Positions 36,638 through 46,753 of a stretch of 60,447 nt of DNA are shown in pieces; position 1 is the stretch's first letter, and every line of letters starts with the position of its first letter. The position numbers were made by a program, and so were the translations under genes. The stretch is taken from positions 1-60,447 of the IMG/VR virus record IMGVR_UViG_3300031885_000015. The stretch is one strand, 5' to 3'. Source of the stretch: a virus (lineage: Duplodnaviria > Caudoviricetes). The notes below the pieces were generated by a model. It saw only the letters and a list, made by a program, of their open reading frames with translations, was not told the origin of the DNA and made no database searches.

Positions 36638-36873
36638 AGCGCCTAAAGGAGCTCGCGCTCCTTAGCGTCGTTGTGGTAATCACAGTAGGCATCATGTCGG
36701 GTGGCGCCATAGCTGCTGCTCGGCTGATCCTGTGGGGCTGGTCCGGCGTCCTCCTGGCTGTGCTGGTCGTAATGAGCACTGGGGTCTTTACGGCGTTCGT
36801 CAAGGCTGCCCTCTGTAGGGTCTTCTTCTCTAGGAAGGAGGCTCCTCGGCGTGCCCTCCGAGGAGGTGAGTAG
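36634..36873 (+). CDS. Small two-TM membrane protein
   Basis: Hydrophobic helices; GTGA overlap. Confidence 0.6.
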   Translation: MKRLKELALLSVVVVITVGIMSGGAIAAARLILWGWSGVLLAVLVVMSTGVFTAFVKAALCRVFFSRKEAPRRALRGGE

Positions 36874-36874
36874 A

Positions 36875-37564
36875 GTGAAGATTGATATCCTAACGAAGGA
36901 CGAGATCCTTCTCCACAATCAGCAGCATGGGACACTTCGTTGGGTGCCTGTCGAGAGTGCACAGCTAGTCCCTTCAGAAGAGGTACATCACTCCCTTGCA
37001 GATGGTGGCTATGTGGGCTGCTCTCAGCTACATCCTGAAGTAATAATTGCCATTCGACGGCTTGGGGAGGTCATCGCGTACGTCTGTCGCTTCTGTAGGG
37101 AGGGGTGGACCCCAGGAGATCCATGTAACACTGGGTGGATGTGTCCTACGTGTCAGGCTACCTATAAGAAGGGTTCGAGAGCCATGAGAGTACTCGTATG
37201 TGGTAGTCGAACCTTCAACGGCAGTAGAAGGATAGGTATAGAGTTGTCGAAGCTTCCTCCTAACACAGTAATTATCCATGGAGGCTGCTCAGGAGCTGAT
37301 AGTATAGCTGGAGCATGGGCTCATCAGCTTGGGCTCGAGGCTATTGTTTTTCACCCAGGATGGGCTCAATATGGAGGAAAGGCAGGTCCTAAGAGAAATC
37401 GTCGTATGCTTGAAGAAGGCAGACCTGATCTGGTTCTAGCCTTCCTCGAAGGTACCACTAAGACCCCAGGAACTGCACACATGATAGACCTTGCAGTTCA
37501 AGCAGGTGTCAAGGTAACTGTGTTTGCAGGGCAGCCTGAGGCCAATAAAGGAGGTAGACCATGA
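36875..37564 (+). CDS. SLOG (YspA/DUF2493-like) protein with N-terminal Zn-finger extension
   Basis: MRVLVCGSR, IIHGGCSGAD, AGPKRN..ML, GTAHMI. Confidence 0.8.
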   Translation: MKIDILTKDEILLHNQQHGTLRWVPVESAQLVPSEEVHHSLADGGYVGCSQLHPEVIIAIRRLGEVIAYVCRFCREGWTPGDPCNTGWMCPTCQATYKKGSRAMRVLVCGSRTFNGSRRIGIELSKLPPNTVIIHGGCSGADSIAGAWAHQLGLEAIVFHPGWAQYGGKAGPKRNRRMLEEGRPDLVLAFLEGTTKTPGTAHMIDLAVQAGVKVTVFAGQPEANKGGRP

Positions 37565-39831
37565 ACCTCGCACAAGTTCTAAAGAGTGACCCTGCTGCCA
37601 AGGGAGTATTAGAGGCTCGGTACCTTCGCCTAGGAGAAACTCCAGAGGGGCTTCTCAGGAGAGTGGCTACAGCAGTTAGCGATGGAGAAGAAGAGACGGC
37701 ATCTCAGTTTTATGATATGATGCTTAACTTGGACTTTCTTCCCAACAGCCCTACTCTAATGAACGCAGGTAGAGCCTTTGGGCAGCTAGCTGCCTGCTTC
37801 GTAATACCAGTAGAGGATACCTTGGAGGATATATTTGAGGCAGTAAAGACCATGGCGATCGTACAGAAGTCTGGTGGAGGAACAGGCTTTAGCTTCTCTA
37901 GACTTCGGCCTAAGGGAGACCCAGTCGACTCTACGAACGGAGTCGCAAGTGGACCAGTCTCCTTCATGCGGGTGTTCAACGCAGCGACCGAGGAAATCAA
38001 ACAGGGAGGTACCAGAAGGGGGGCCAATATGGCAGTCCTCCGAGTGGACCATCCTGATATTCTCGAATTCATAAGCTGCAAGCAAGTCGAGGGACAGCTG
38101 GCCAACTTTAACATCTCTGTAGGGATCACGGACGCGTTTATGGCGGCGGTCCAGTGCGATGCGGACTTCTCTCTTAAGTGGAAAGGCAAAGGATACAACA
38201 TGCTTAGTGCTTCCTGGATCCTTAATACTCTAGCTGAGAGAGCCTGGAGGAATGGAGAGCCAGGAGTGGTGTTCTTGGACACCATCAACGCGAATAACCC
38301 TACTCCCGAGCAGGGATGCCTGGAGGCAACCAATCCTTGCGGCGAACAGCCGTTACTTGCAAATGAGTGCTGTACTCTGGGGTCTATAAACCTCGCTAAC
38401 ATGGTTCATGTGCCAACCTTCACTGAGCTCTCTGATTCACTACTAGCGCAGTCACAACGTAGGAGTAGCTCATACTGTGACGCTACTTCACATATAGACA
38501 TGGACCGGCTTGTGAGGACAGTCAAGCTGGCAGTTATCTTCCTAGATAACGTAGTGAGTGTAAACACTTTCCCGACTCCTGTGATGCGGGATATCACCTA
38601 CGCAAACCGAAAGATAGGCTTGGGAATAATGGGATGGGCTGACCTTCTAATTGCTTTGGGGATACCCTACGACAGTGAGCAAGCGCTTCTCGTTGCACGT
38701 GAGGTCATGCAGACAATACAAAAGACTGCTCTGGAGGCGTCCGAGGCACTAGGGAGGAGAAAAGGGAGCTATCTTAGTAGATGTCCTCCGAGTGCTGGGG
38801 GGACAGGCCAGGCTTCTCTTCGCAACGCCACTCGCACGACTATAGCACCTACAGGATCCTTGAGCATGATTGCAGGTGTGAGCTCAGGGATAGAGCCTAT
38901 ATTTGCGTTGACGTTCACTAAGCGAGTGCTTGGTGGGCAAGAGTTCCAATACATGAATAGAGTATTTCAGCAGGAGGTTGTACCTACTCTTTCACAGAGC
39001 GAGCTAAACCAGGTGCTTTCGACAGGTAGCTGTCAGGAGATCACTCGGCTTCCAGAGAAGGTTAGGGCCCTGTTTAAGACTGCCTCGGAAATCACCCCAG
39101 AGTGGCACATAAGGATGCAGGCAGCATTTCAGGAGTTTACCGACAATGCTGTTAGCAAAACGATTAACCTGCCACCAAGTGCCACGGTTGCTGATGTTAA
39201 GGCAGCTATCATACAGGCTCACCAGCTGAAGTGTAAGGGTCTAACCCTATATCGTAGAGGTAGTCGTCGAGAGGAAGTTTTGCTGGTACCAGGTGAGAGG
39301 GATAGTTCACCTACCGGCTCAGCAGGTCTGTGTCTTGAGGGGAGGCCTGCCAGTGTAGGAGGAACTACTACCCGGGTTTCGACAGGCTGCGGGAAGATGT
39401 ACATCACCGTGAACTCTCAGGAAGATAGGACCTTTGAGGCGTTTATTACCATGGGGGCCTCAGGAGGGTGTAGGGCCTTTGGAGAGGCCGTGGGAAGGCT
39501 GATTTCCTTGGCACTAAGGGCTGGTATACCACGAGGGCTTATTGTAGACCAACTTACGTCTGTAGTATGCCCGAACTACATGGGACGTAAGGCTCAGAGT
39601 AAGCTGCGAGGAAAGTCCTGTCCAGATATCATCGGCAGAGTTCTAGCTGAAGCAGGAGAGGCCAGCGACCACAGTAAGGTTCACTATAGTAAGGCCCACT
39701 ACGACAAGCTGCTTGAGCACCTCCCTGGTGATCACCCTCGAGAGCCTATATGTCCTTTGTGTGGGTGCCTCCTCCTCGCTGCAGAGGGCTGCTTTACTTG
39801 CCTCTCCTGTGGATGGAGCAAGTGCAGCTAG
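37561..39831 (+). CDS. nrdJ: Class II (B12-dependent) ribonucleotide reductase with TSCPD-type C-terminus
   Basis: PNSPTLMNAG, TNPCGEQPL, TIAPTG, KSCPD, terminal Cys motifs; no nrdB seen. Confidence 0.92.
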   Translation: MNLAQVLKSDPAAKGVLEARYLRLGETPEGLLRRVATAVSDGEEETASQFYDMMLNLDFLPNSPTLMNAGRAFGQLAACFVIPVEDTLEDIFEAVKTMAIVQKSGGGTGFSFSRLRPKGDPVDSTNGVASGPVSFMRVFNAATEEIKQGGTRRGANMAVLRVDHPDILEFISCKQVEGQLANFNISVGITDAFMAAVQCDADFSLKWKGKGYNMLSASWILNTLAERAWRNGEPGVVFLDTINANNPTPEQGCLEATNPCGEQPLLANECCTLGSINLANMVHVPTFTELSDSLLAQSQRRSSSYCDATSHIDMDRLVRTVKLAVIFLDNVVSVNTFPTPVMRDITYANRKIGLGIMGWADLLIALGIPYDSEQALLVAREVMQTIQKTALEASEALGRRKGSYLSRCPPSAGGTGQASLRNATRTTIAPTGSLSMIAGVSSGIEPIFALTFTKRVLGGQEFQYMNRVFQQEVVPTLSQSELNQVLSTGSCQEITRLPEKVRALFKTASEITPEWHIRMQAAFQEFTDNAVSKTINLPPSATVADVKAAIIQAHQLKCKGLTLYRRGSRREEVLLVPGERDSSPTGSAGLCLEGRPASVGGTTTRVSTGCGKMYITVNSQEDRTFEAFITMGASGGCRAFGEAVGRLISLALRAGIPRGLIVDQLTSVVCPNYMGRKAQSKLRGKSCPDIIGRVLAEAGEASDHSKVHYSKAHYDKLLEHLPGDHPREPICPLCGCLLLAAEGCFTCLSCGWSKCS

Positions 39832-39871
39832 CTGTGACGTACCTGGCGGACGTGAAGGGCGGTGAGACTGA

Positions 39872-40111
39872 ATGAGCCAGGAACTCGTCTGGGTCTGCAG
39901 TTCCTGCGGCATGAAGCGGGTTGTCATCGGCGGGCCTTCGGCTGAACCGTGGGGCTGGTGGATCGTGCGCAAGATCCCTGACTTAGAGGATGCGATGTGG
40001 CGAGGCGTAGCCGAGCTGTCGAAGGAGGATCCAACGCTCGTTTTCTGCAGCGTCGAGTGCATCCTCACCTGGGCCTTCAAACAGCAGAAGCGAGTGTCAG
40101 GCCCCAAGTAG
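39872..40111 (+). CDS. Small Zn-binding hypothetical protein
   Basis: CSSC..FCSVEC. Confidence 0.6.
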   Translation: MSQELVWVCSSCGMKRVVIGGPSAEPWGWWIVRKIPDLEDAMWRGVAELSKEDPTLVFCSVECILTWAFKQQKRVSGPK

Positions 40112-40122
40112 GAGGTAAGACG

Positions 40123-40299
40123 ATGTGTCCCTTGAATCGCCGGCCCAACGAAGAGGATTCGCCGAGACTCGGGCCACGGCCCCCCGTCGTCTACGACATG
40201 TTTCCTCATAACTCGTTCGCAGACGTTTTCCTGGCGTATTGCGACCGATGGATTCCCGCTAGCGTCAAGGGGCTGGAGCCAGACCAGGTAGATCGTTGA
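40123..40299 (+). CDS. Hypothetical protein
   Basis: AGGAGGT RBS. Confidence 0.5.
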   Translation: MCPLNRRPNEEDSPRLGPRPPVVYDMFPHNSFADVFLAYCDRWIPASVKGLEPDQVDR

Positions 40300-40312
40300 G
40301 GGGGAAAATAGT

Positions 40313-40816
40313 ATGGAGCGGCTACAAGTGGATCCACCTCTGGTACACGTCGGAGCGATCGTGCATTATGTGGATCCGTACAAAGAGCACTGTCGAGCAG
40401 AAGTCCGTTGGGTACACAAGGATGATCCCTTACTTGTGTGCCTCAGAGTTGAGATACAAAGCTTTGGGATTGCTGGGATACATGACGTAGTGTATTCAGA
40501 CCATGGCGTAATGAACTCATTGCCAAGCAAATGTGGCACGTGGCACTGGCCCGAGTGGCCGAGTGGCCTAGTGTCTTCGAGCCGAGAGGACGTGAGTGAC
40601 ATGTGTAGTGGAGACACGTGTGGCCTTACTGAGGAGAGAGCAGGCATAGACTATACGGTGGTCGCTACGCGCTATCTGGATGGGCGCGTGGGTGTAGATG
40701 TGCTCGTGTCTGGCATTATTGCAGAGTCGGAGGCACAGGCTCTTCAGGTACTGATGTGCAAGCTTCGCAACATACTCAAGAGCTCAGAACAGCAACTCAA
40801 GCTGTTGGGAAAGTAG
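40313..40816 (+). CDS. Hypothetical protein
   Basis: VGAIVHYV..GTWHWPE. Confidence 0.6.
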   Translation: MERLQVDPPLVHVGAIVHYVDPYKEHCRAEVRWVHKDDPLLVCLRVEIQSFGIAGIHDVVYSDHGVMNSLPSKCGTWHWPEWPSGLVSSSREDVSDMCSGDTCGLTEERAGIDYTVVATRYLDGRVGVDVLVSGIIAESEAQALQVLMCKLRNILKSSEQQLKLLGK

Positions 40817-40861
40817 ATAAGGGGATTAGTGGTATCAGTACCTACTTAAGGAGGGACCGGT

Positions 40862-41179
40862 GTGACGCAGGATCCCGTCGTACTGACTGACGTCGACAAG
40901 CCAATCCCGTTTGACCTGCGACGGGTGCTGGATCTCCTGGACAGATACAAGGACAGTCACCACCGACAAGCCGCGACCCTACGCAAGGAGGCGGATGGGC
41001 ACCGTGATGATTATGACGAATCGGAGTCAGGGCGCCTGCACGCCAAGGCCCAGTGCCATGCTGGGTTCGCGGGGGATCTCGTTTGCATCGCACGCAGACT
41101 GTGGGAGGAGGCGAAGAGGAAGCAGCAGCCAGTCTACGCGGCTCCCACCGTCGAACTAGTGGAGAAGGAGGCGCCGTGA
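40862..41179 (+). CDS. Hypothetical protein
   Basis: AAGGAGG RBS. Confidence 0.65.
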   Translation: MTQDPVVLTDVDKPIPFDLRRVLDLLDRYKDSHHRQAATLRKEADGHRDDYDESESGRLHAKAQCHAGFAGDLVCIARRLWEEAKRKQQPVYAAPTVELVEKEAP

Positions 41180-41427
41180 TCGTGACCATGACGCAGGATC
41201 CTGCCGTGTTGTTCCACGCGTTGAAGGAGGCGTGTTTGCTGATCGCGGAGGACGGTATCTGTCCGCAGACCCATTATGACAAGGGGTGGCCCAACTGCCC
41301 CGGCGGTGGGGATCGCCGTAGTCCCGAGTGTGATCGGGAGACCGACGCTGGCTGCTTCATCGACTACTTCATCGAGAAGGCAGAGGGGTGGAGGGTCAAG
41401 CTAGCGACGCTGCCATCGTCGACGTGA
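41176..41427 (+). CDS. Hypothetical protein
   Basis: AAGGAGG RBS; GTGA overlap. Confidence 0.6.
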   Translation: MIVTMTQDPAVLFHALKEACLLIAEDGICPQTHYDKGWPNCPGGGDRRSPECDRETDAGCFIDYFIEKAEGWRVKLATLPSST

Positions 41428-41450
41428 TGTTCTCAGCTTCTTGTGAAGAA

Positions 41451-41478
41451 TAGAGGAGGCATCTCAGTGCCTCCTCTA
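41451..41478. terminator. Hairpin between convergent arms
   Basis: TAGAGGAGGC/GCCTCCTCTA stem. Confidence 0.7.
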
Positions 41479-41507
41479 CTCTTATCAAGCAGCTTGAGTT
41501 GCTAAGG

Positions 41508-41996
41508 CTACATCCACCAGCCTGAGGGAGTTCCCCAGCGTCTTAGCTTACCCCAGTACATCACATCGACGTGAGTGAAGGTGGGATAAAGGCCTACACC
41601 ACCTGGGCCAAAGAACTCAGGTTTGGAGGCAGCCACGATAGCTACTTCTGCAGGCGTAATACCCTTGATAGTGATGTCGGCAGCTAGACCTCTAAGATGA
41701 GCGCTGTCCTCAGCTCCTCCAACGTTGGTGTTGTGAGTGGCACAACGAAAGCCACTGACGATTGTGCAGGGCTTCCTGACAAATTCGTCTGGATTGAAGT
41801 AGTCACGTAGGTTCTGTAGATGTTGAAGGAAGAACAGAAACTCTAGGGGGACGCGGACGAGCCTACAGCCACACTTGCACCGGAATTCATCTAGAGCGAA
41901 GCTCGTCGTAGTCCCGGGTGATAGGGACAGCAAGGGATAGGTGAGTTTGCCTTGCTGAGGAGCTGCTCGGTCCACTGCGCCAGGCATCGCTATCAC
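41508..41996 (-). CDS. Endolysin, peptidase M15A family
   Basis: EFRCKCGC, SGFRC..HN..VGG..SAH..AADI, THVD. Confidence 0.88.
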   Translation of the reverse strand: MIAMPGAVDRAAPQQGKLTYPLLSLSPGTTTSFALDEFRCKCGCRLVRVPLEFLFFLQHLQNLRDYFNPDEFVRKPCTIVSGFRCATHNTNVGGAEDSAHLRGLAADITIKGITPAEVAIVAASKPEFFGPGGVGLYPTFTHVDVMYWGKLRRWGTPSGWWM

Positions 41997-42031
41997 CTCT
42001 CTGTGAGGCAGATTCGTTCACTCTAGTTTGG

Positions 42032-42409
42032 CTAGGGTCCAGCTGAAGGCCCAATCAGAGGCTCTGGTGGCTGAGGCTCTGGTGGCTGAGGTCCTGGAGG
42101 GTTCAGGGCCTTGCTCTCGTAATGACCTGCTGCGGCAGCAATCAGAAATCCGTTTGCAAGCGAGAGTGCCCACACTGACCAGTCTCCTACTCTCGCACCC
42201 AGTCCTAGCTGTGCTAGAAGAAGGACAAGGAAGCCTACAAGTACTGCGTACTGATCTGTGGAGGGACGAAAACGGAGGAACCTCTGCACAAACGTATCAA
42301 CGACGTTCTTTGTGTACTGGACTATCAAGAATGTAAGCAGAGATGCTCCAGCGAGGGTGGCGAGATCCCCCCAGGTTAGTAGATTGTTGATCTCTGGCAT
42401 CTTCTTCAC
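42032..42409 (-). CDS. Holin (about 3 TM)
   Basis: Hydrophobic segments; adjacent to endolysin. Confidence 0.75.
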   Translation of the reverse strand: MKKMPEINNLLTWGDLATLAGASLLTFLIVQYTKNVVDTFVQRFLRFRPSTDQYAVLVGFLVLLLAQLGLGARVGDWSVWALSLANGFLIAAAAGHYESKALNPPGPQPPEPQPPEPLIGPSAGP

Positions 42410-42431
42410 CTCCTCTGCAGTAATCTTGGAA

Positions 42432-42734
42432 CTACTTCACTTCAGACCTAATTACACGAGTGTGTGACTGCCTCGCACGGCTTAGGAGCTCTTCCAACAT
42501 TTGCTCTTGCCGTGCTCCTGAGACGGCTATGGTACTCCTCAGAGTGTCCAGGCAGTCCTTCAGATTATTGATCGCATCAGTGTTGTTCTCTATCAAGGTG
42601 GAGAGATGTGTTACGAATGATAGTCCATTTGAAGATTGCCTTCCACTGACTCTACCCTTGACTAGCGCATATGCAAGAGCAACAACAGCTATTCCTCCTA
42701 AGCCATACTGTGCAGCCTGATCCAGGCTCGTCAT
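42432..42734 (-). CDS. BhlA-like membrane/lysis protein
   Basis: N-terminal TM plus coiled coil (IENNTDAI). Confidence 0.6.
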   Translation of the reverse strand: MTSLDQAAQYGLGGIAVVALAYALVKGRVSGRQSSNGLSFVTHLSTLIENNTDAINNLKDCLDTLRSTIAVSGARQEQMLEELLSRARQSHTRVIRSEVK

Positions 42735-42846
42735 GGAGCCACCTTCCCTCCCTTCGCTACGTGGAGGCTACTTACTTAGGTGCAGTGAGAAGGACACCAA
42801 CTGCTTTTCGAGTGCCTCCACCTGCCCTCAGCAAACAGTCTCTCCT

Positions 42847-43773
42847 CTAGCTAGTCAACTTCAAGACCTTTTTGACATTGCTGTCGCTGCAGTAGATGTG
42901 GCCATCAAGGACGGAAGATTTCAGGGCTTCGATACTGCCGCCGTAGGTAGCAGACTCACCAACCTTGACTAGGTCACTGGCATTCATTTTCCAGACTACC
43001 TCCTCTGCAAAGCCACCACCACAGTAGATGGAACTACCAAGGGCGGTCAGCTCGCAGATGATACCACCTCCTACACCATAGATAGCAGACTCACCAACCT
43101 TGACTAGATCGCTAGCATTTAGCTTCCAAACCTTGTATGGGCTGCCACCGCCACAGTAAATAAAACCCTCATGAGCAATCAGAGAATAGATAGTGCTACC
43201 GTAGTCAGCAGATTCGGCAACCTTAAGCAGAGTACCTTCAGTCAGTTTCCAGACTTTCCTGGTCGTCGCGCCAGCACAGTAAATGTGGCCATCAAGAGCA
43301 GCCAAAGCGTTGATGGTACCACCGTAGATAGCAGACTCACCAACCTTGAACAGATCAGTGGCGTCTAGTTTCCAGACTTTCTTGGTCGTCGCGCCAGCAC
43401 AGTAGATGTAACTACCAAGGGCAGTCAGGGCCATGATGGTACCACCGTAGCTGATAGACTCATTAAGCTTAAACATACCGATAGGATTGATCTTCCAGAC
43501 TTTCAGCGTTGTGTTACCGCCACAGTAGATGAAGCCAAAACAAGTAGTCAGATCCCTGATAATGTTACCATAGGCAACAGACTCACCAACCTTAACTAGG
43601 TCACTGGCGTTCAATTGCCAAACCTTGTATGAGCCAGCACCGCCACAGTAGACGTAATCGCTGAGTGCGGTCAGGGCATAGATGATGCCACCGTAGTTAG
43701 CAGATTCGGCAACCTTAACTAGAGACCCAGGTCCTCGGTGTATAGCCATTACAGGTAGGATAATTATACCCAT
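42847..43773 (-). CDS. Seven-repeat beta-propeller protein, putative receptor-binding
   Basis: Seven ~41-aa KVGESA.YGG.I.AL..YIYC.G..KVWKL repeats. Confidence 0.75.
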   Translation of the reverse strand: MGIIILPVMAIHRGPGSLVKVAESANYGGIIYALTALSDYVYCGGAGSYKVWQLNASDLVKVGESVAYGNIIRDLTTCFGFIYCGGNTTLKVWKINPIGMFKLNESISYGGTIMALTALGSYIYCAGATTKKVWKLDATDLFKVGESAIYGGTINALAALDGHIYCAGATTRKVWKLTEGTLLKVAESADYGSTIYSLIAHEGFIYCGGGSPYKVWKLNASDLVKVGESAIYGVGGGIICELTALGSSIYCGGGFAEEVVWKMNASDLVKVGESATYGGSIEALKSSVLDGHIYCSDSNVKKVLKLTS

Positions 43774-43776
43774 GAT

Positions 43777-44508
43777 TCATTCCCCCAGGTCGCCGAGTAG
43801 GCTCCACGTATCTGTAGCAACTTTGAGAAGTCCCACAACACTATACTGCATGTAGGTTTTGACCAGACTGTCCGGAGATTGTAGCGTAACGCCATCAGCT
43901 GGACTGACGGTCACCTGGCCTACGCCTTTTTGGCGAGCAAGGATCTGAGTGCCGATGATGAATTCCACGCTAGCGTTCGCTGGGACTGTAAGCGTCTGGG
44001 CGGTGGCTTTGTTCATGTCGATAACCTTGCTGTCATCGCCGATGACGAGCGTGTAAGTGTCACCGGTCTGTTCGTTAAGCAAAAGGTGTTTACCTGTGTC
44101 CACGTAATCCTTAGTCGCTGCGTCCCCTGCCGCTGCAGGGTTGGCAAATGCTGCCCTGCCATTCGCGTCTCGTAAGACAATAAGGTCTGGGGTGGCAGCT
44201 GCGGTCGCTGAGTGAGGAGCGGTAGCATCTATGTGTCCCTTGGCATCAGCAAGAGTGGTGTCAGGAGCCTCATGCCATAGCTTAGCTCCTCCCGCATGGG
44301 CAGCAAAGCGGTTTGTAATCCAATCTAGCAGCTGCCTCAGCGTACCTACGTTACCAGTAGGAGCTTCTGCCGGATCTATAGTCCGGTCGCCTGTCTCGAT
44401 GGCAGCAGAGTTACCCTCTGCACGATTCATGTCCCCGGGAACTACGACGTTGTTAGCCGCCCAGTTCGTCTTAGGAGCTTGCCACCCTACTGGTGCTGAA
44501 CCTGACAT
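43777..44508 (-). CDS. Tail fibre protein
   Basis: WQAPKTNW..DMNRAEGN, RDANGR, DAATKDYVD. Confidence 0.75.
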   Translation of the reverse strand: MSGSAPVGWQAPKTNWAANNVVVPGDMNRAEGNSAAIETGDRTIDPAEAPTGNVGTLRQLLDWITNRFAAHAGGAKLWHEAPDTTLADAKGHIDATAPHSATAAATPDLIVLRDANGRAAFANPAAAGDAATKDYVDTGKHLLLNEQTGDTYTLVIGDDSKVIDMNKATAQTLTVPANASVEFIIGTQILARQKGVGQVTVSPADGVTLQSPDSLVKTYMQYSVVGLLKVATDTWSLLGDLGE

Positions 44509-46382
44509 TAGGAAACCCTCCTTCCCTTCAACGTACTAGATAGACCTCCATCGAATTCAGTGAGCTGAGACACTGTATGATAGTCCTGGGTAGATAGGTT
44601 CTGAAAGTCTGGAACAGTAATTCTGTCTGCTAACTCGAGAGCTGGATTTCCCCTCCAAGGGAGGGTTATGTCTCGTCTGGCATCCTTGTATGACGCCACT
44701 AGGGTATCTGCAATACTCTGGGCCACACTAAGGGTCTGAACAAGAGGATTATCAGGAAAGGCATACACAATCACTCCGTTGTCTACTATACTATCTGGGT
44801 CCTGGGCAGTCACTCGCTCCTTATTCTGGACAGTTAGAGGCTTAGCATCTATGACTAGCACAAAGGTATCAGGAGCCTCCCCAAAATTCTTGACTTGTAC
44901 GACAGAGCCCCAAGCGTAGTGAATCTCGTCAATAATAGTGGTACTTGGCTCCGCGTCCTCCAAGGAGGCTGCAGCCTCAATGCAGGGGGCTTCATTAAGC
45001 ACGACGTTGAGAGTCTTGGTCTGCCCTGCAGCAATACTCACAGCACTGTTAGACCTATATACCTCCAAAAGACTGCTAGCAGGACTCAGTGGCTGGGTCG
45101 TTACCTCTATGTAATTGACTACCTGTCCCCACCGAATTGGATGATCTTTTTCTGGGTAGAAGTCATCGCGAGTTAGCACGAGCTGAGAATCTACCTGTCC
45201 TGCAAGAAAGGAGGGACCCTCAACTCGAATGGTGCCATCCCGAGCGCAATAAACTTGCCCCATGCACGCCTCGGCTATCTCTCTCAACGCACTCTTGTAG
45301 TTGGTCGGAGCAAACCAGGCATAGGGTACAACGAAATCCTGGAGTTCTAAATCGATCCAGTACTCACTACCTGCAAGACCAGCATCTTGTAAAACCGATG
45401 CTGCCAGATCGTAGAGGGTCACATCTACCATTACCTGAGAGGAAACATAGCTCATCTTCCGTAATAGTTCTAGTCGGTCTCGTCCTGTGGCAGCTACATA
45501 CAGCCCACTTTCTGGAGCCTCCCAGTCTCCCGACCAGAACATACCCAAAGGTGCATACTCTATTGTGTCGTCAGGTAGCTCCACACCAATCCAAGCTCGA
45601 ACCCGACGGTTCGCTTTTAGTAGCTCATACAGAGGGCTACCTGTATTACCTGCATCAAAGCGATGATCTCGGTTGCTTAATACAACGTCAATCTCATGAG
45701 AAGCCACGTTCCCAATTGGAAGGGACCCTTCAAATAGCTCTCGCTCCTCCAAGAGCCTAATCAGAACTACGTCATCTCCTTCGTATGTTTCCCGAATTAT
45801 AGAGATGAACTCGAGGATCTTAACTTGCCTGTCAGCGGCTGACCACCTCTGGATCTCTAGAGTCATCTTTACAATCTCAGTGTGGTCTGCAATCACGAGG
45901 AACCAGTCTACTAGGGTGTTGTCCACGATAGTTTCAGTGTGTACCAGCACATCTCCAGCCTGATAGAGCTTTACTACGAAATCCACTGGATACTCGCCTT
46001 TAGCAGAGTCACCTACTACTATCAGCATACGAATAGGTCTGGAGAAGAATACTGCAGTCAGCGTAGGGTATGGCTCAGAAAAGGCACCTTCATTACCAGC
46101 GAGGGAAGAACCCCACCACCCCATCTGCCCCTGACTAGCAGTAGGAGGAGCCAACGCTTCTCGCCCAAGTTGCCATGAGCCATCTAAGCAGGTCCACTTA
46201 TATCTTGGGTCCTTTGTACCATCCGCCACCTGGTCAGGGTAGCTTACATTTGCGTTCTCGTTCACACTAATAGATATGGACAAATCTAGAAATGTATCCG
46301 TGTAGTCTATAGTAACCCTCGCGAAAACGGCACGCGAGGCTCCCCTAATCGCAGCTTGAAACTCCTCAGACATGCCTAGCAT
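44508..46382 (-). CDS. Tail tip/baseplate hub protein
   Basis: Position after TMP and Dit; WRGNPALELAD. Confidence 0.75.
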   Translation of the reverse strand: MLGMSEEFQAAIRGASRAVFARVTIDYTDTFLDLSISISVNENANVSYPDQVADGTKDPRYKWTCLDGSWQLGREALAPPTASQGQMGWWGSSLAGNEGAFSEPYPTLTAVFFSRPIRMLIVVGDSAKGEYPVDFVVKLYQAGDVLVHTETIVDNTLVDWFLVIADHTEIVKMTLEIQRWSAADRQVKILEFISIIRETYEGDDVVLIRLLEERELFEGSLPIGNVASHEIDVVLSNRDHRFDAGNTGSPLYELLKANRRVRAWIGVELPDDTIEYAPLGMFWSGDWEAPESGLYVAATGRDRLELLRKMSYVSSQVMVDVTLYDLAASVLQDAGLAGSEYWIDLELQDFVVPYAWFAPTNYKSALREIAEACMGQVYCARDGTIRVEGPSFLAGQVDSQLVLTRDDFYPEKDHPIRWGQVVNYIEVTTQPLSPASSLLEVYRSNSAVSIAAGQTKTLNVVLNEAPCIEAAASLEDAEPSTTIIDEIHYAWGSVVQVKNFGEAPDTFVLVIDAKPLTVQNKERVTAQDPDSIVDNGVIVYAFPDNPLVQTLSVAQSIADTLVASYKDARRDITLPWRGNPALELADRITVPDFQNLSTQDYHTVSQLTEFDGGLSSTLKGRRVS

Positions 46383-46399
46383 AGTAGCACTCCCTTCTC

Positions 46400-46753
46400 C
46401 TACTGCTCAATCAGGTCGAACTCGAAGTTCTTCCAATACCACTCTCCGCCAGTCCGAAACTTTTCTCGTGGTATAGCCCCCACATACACCGTTGCAGTCT
46501 TGGTGGCTTCGTTTTCTTCGTAGCTCAGCTCGAAGAACATGTTGTCGGGGTCATCTATTATAGCCATAATCGCACTAAGGTTGGTACCCGAGATGACCTC
46601 GTACTTGAAGTAGAACTTACGCTTTTTTGCGATCAGCTCCATAGTCATCAAGCCAGAAGACATACGACTAGCCTTAGTAAGATTGTAGCTCTCTATCTTA
46701 AAATAGGATGGTGGCTTAACAACAGTACCTGCGAACTTGAAGACCGCTGCCAT
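46400..46753 (-). CDS. Distal tail-like protein
   Basis: Immediately after TMP; FDLIEQ C-terminus. Confidence 0.65.
   Translation of the reverse strand: MAAVFKFAGTVVKPPSYFKIESYNLTKASRMSSGLMTMELIAKKRKFYFKYEVISGTNLSAIMAIIDDPDNMFFELSYEENEATKTATVYVGAIPREKFRTGGEWYWKNFEFDLIEQ

Noticed and set aside
37710-38402. Long antisense ORFs (also 9581-10249, 12652-13323, 54915-55613)
   Set aside because: Shadow frames of well-supported genes on the opposite strand
38400-38500. Intein in NrdJ (also checked TerL, PolA and the helicases)
   Set aside because: Only a short insertion; no intein splice motifs, and protein lengths are normal
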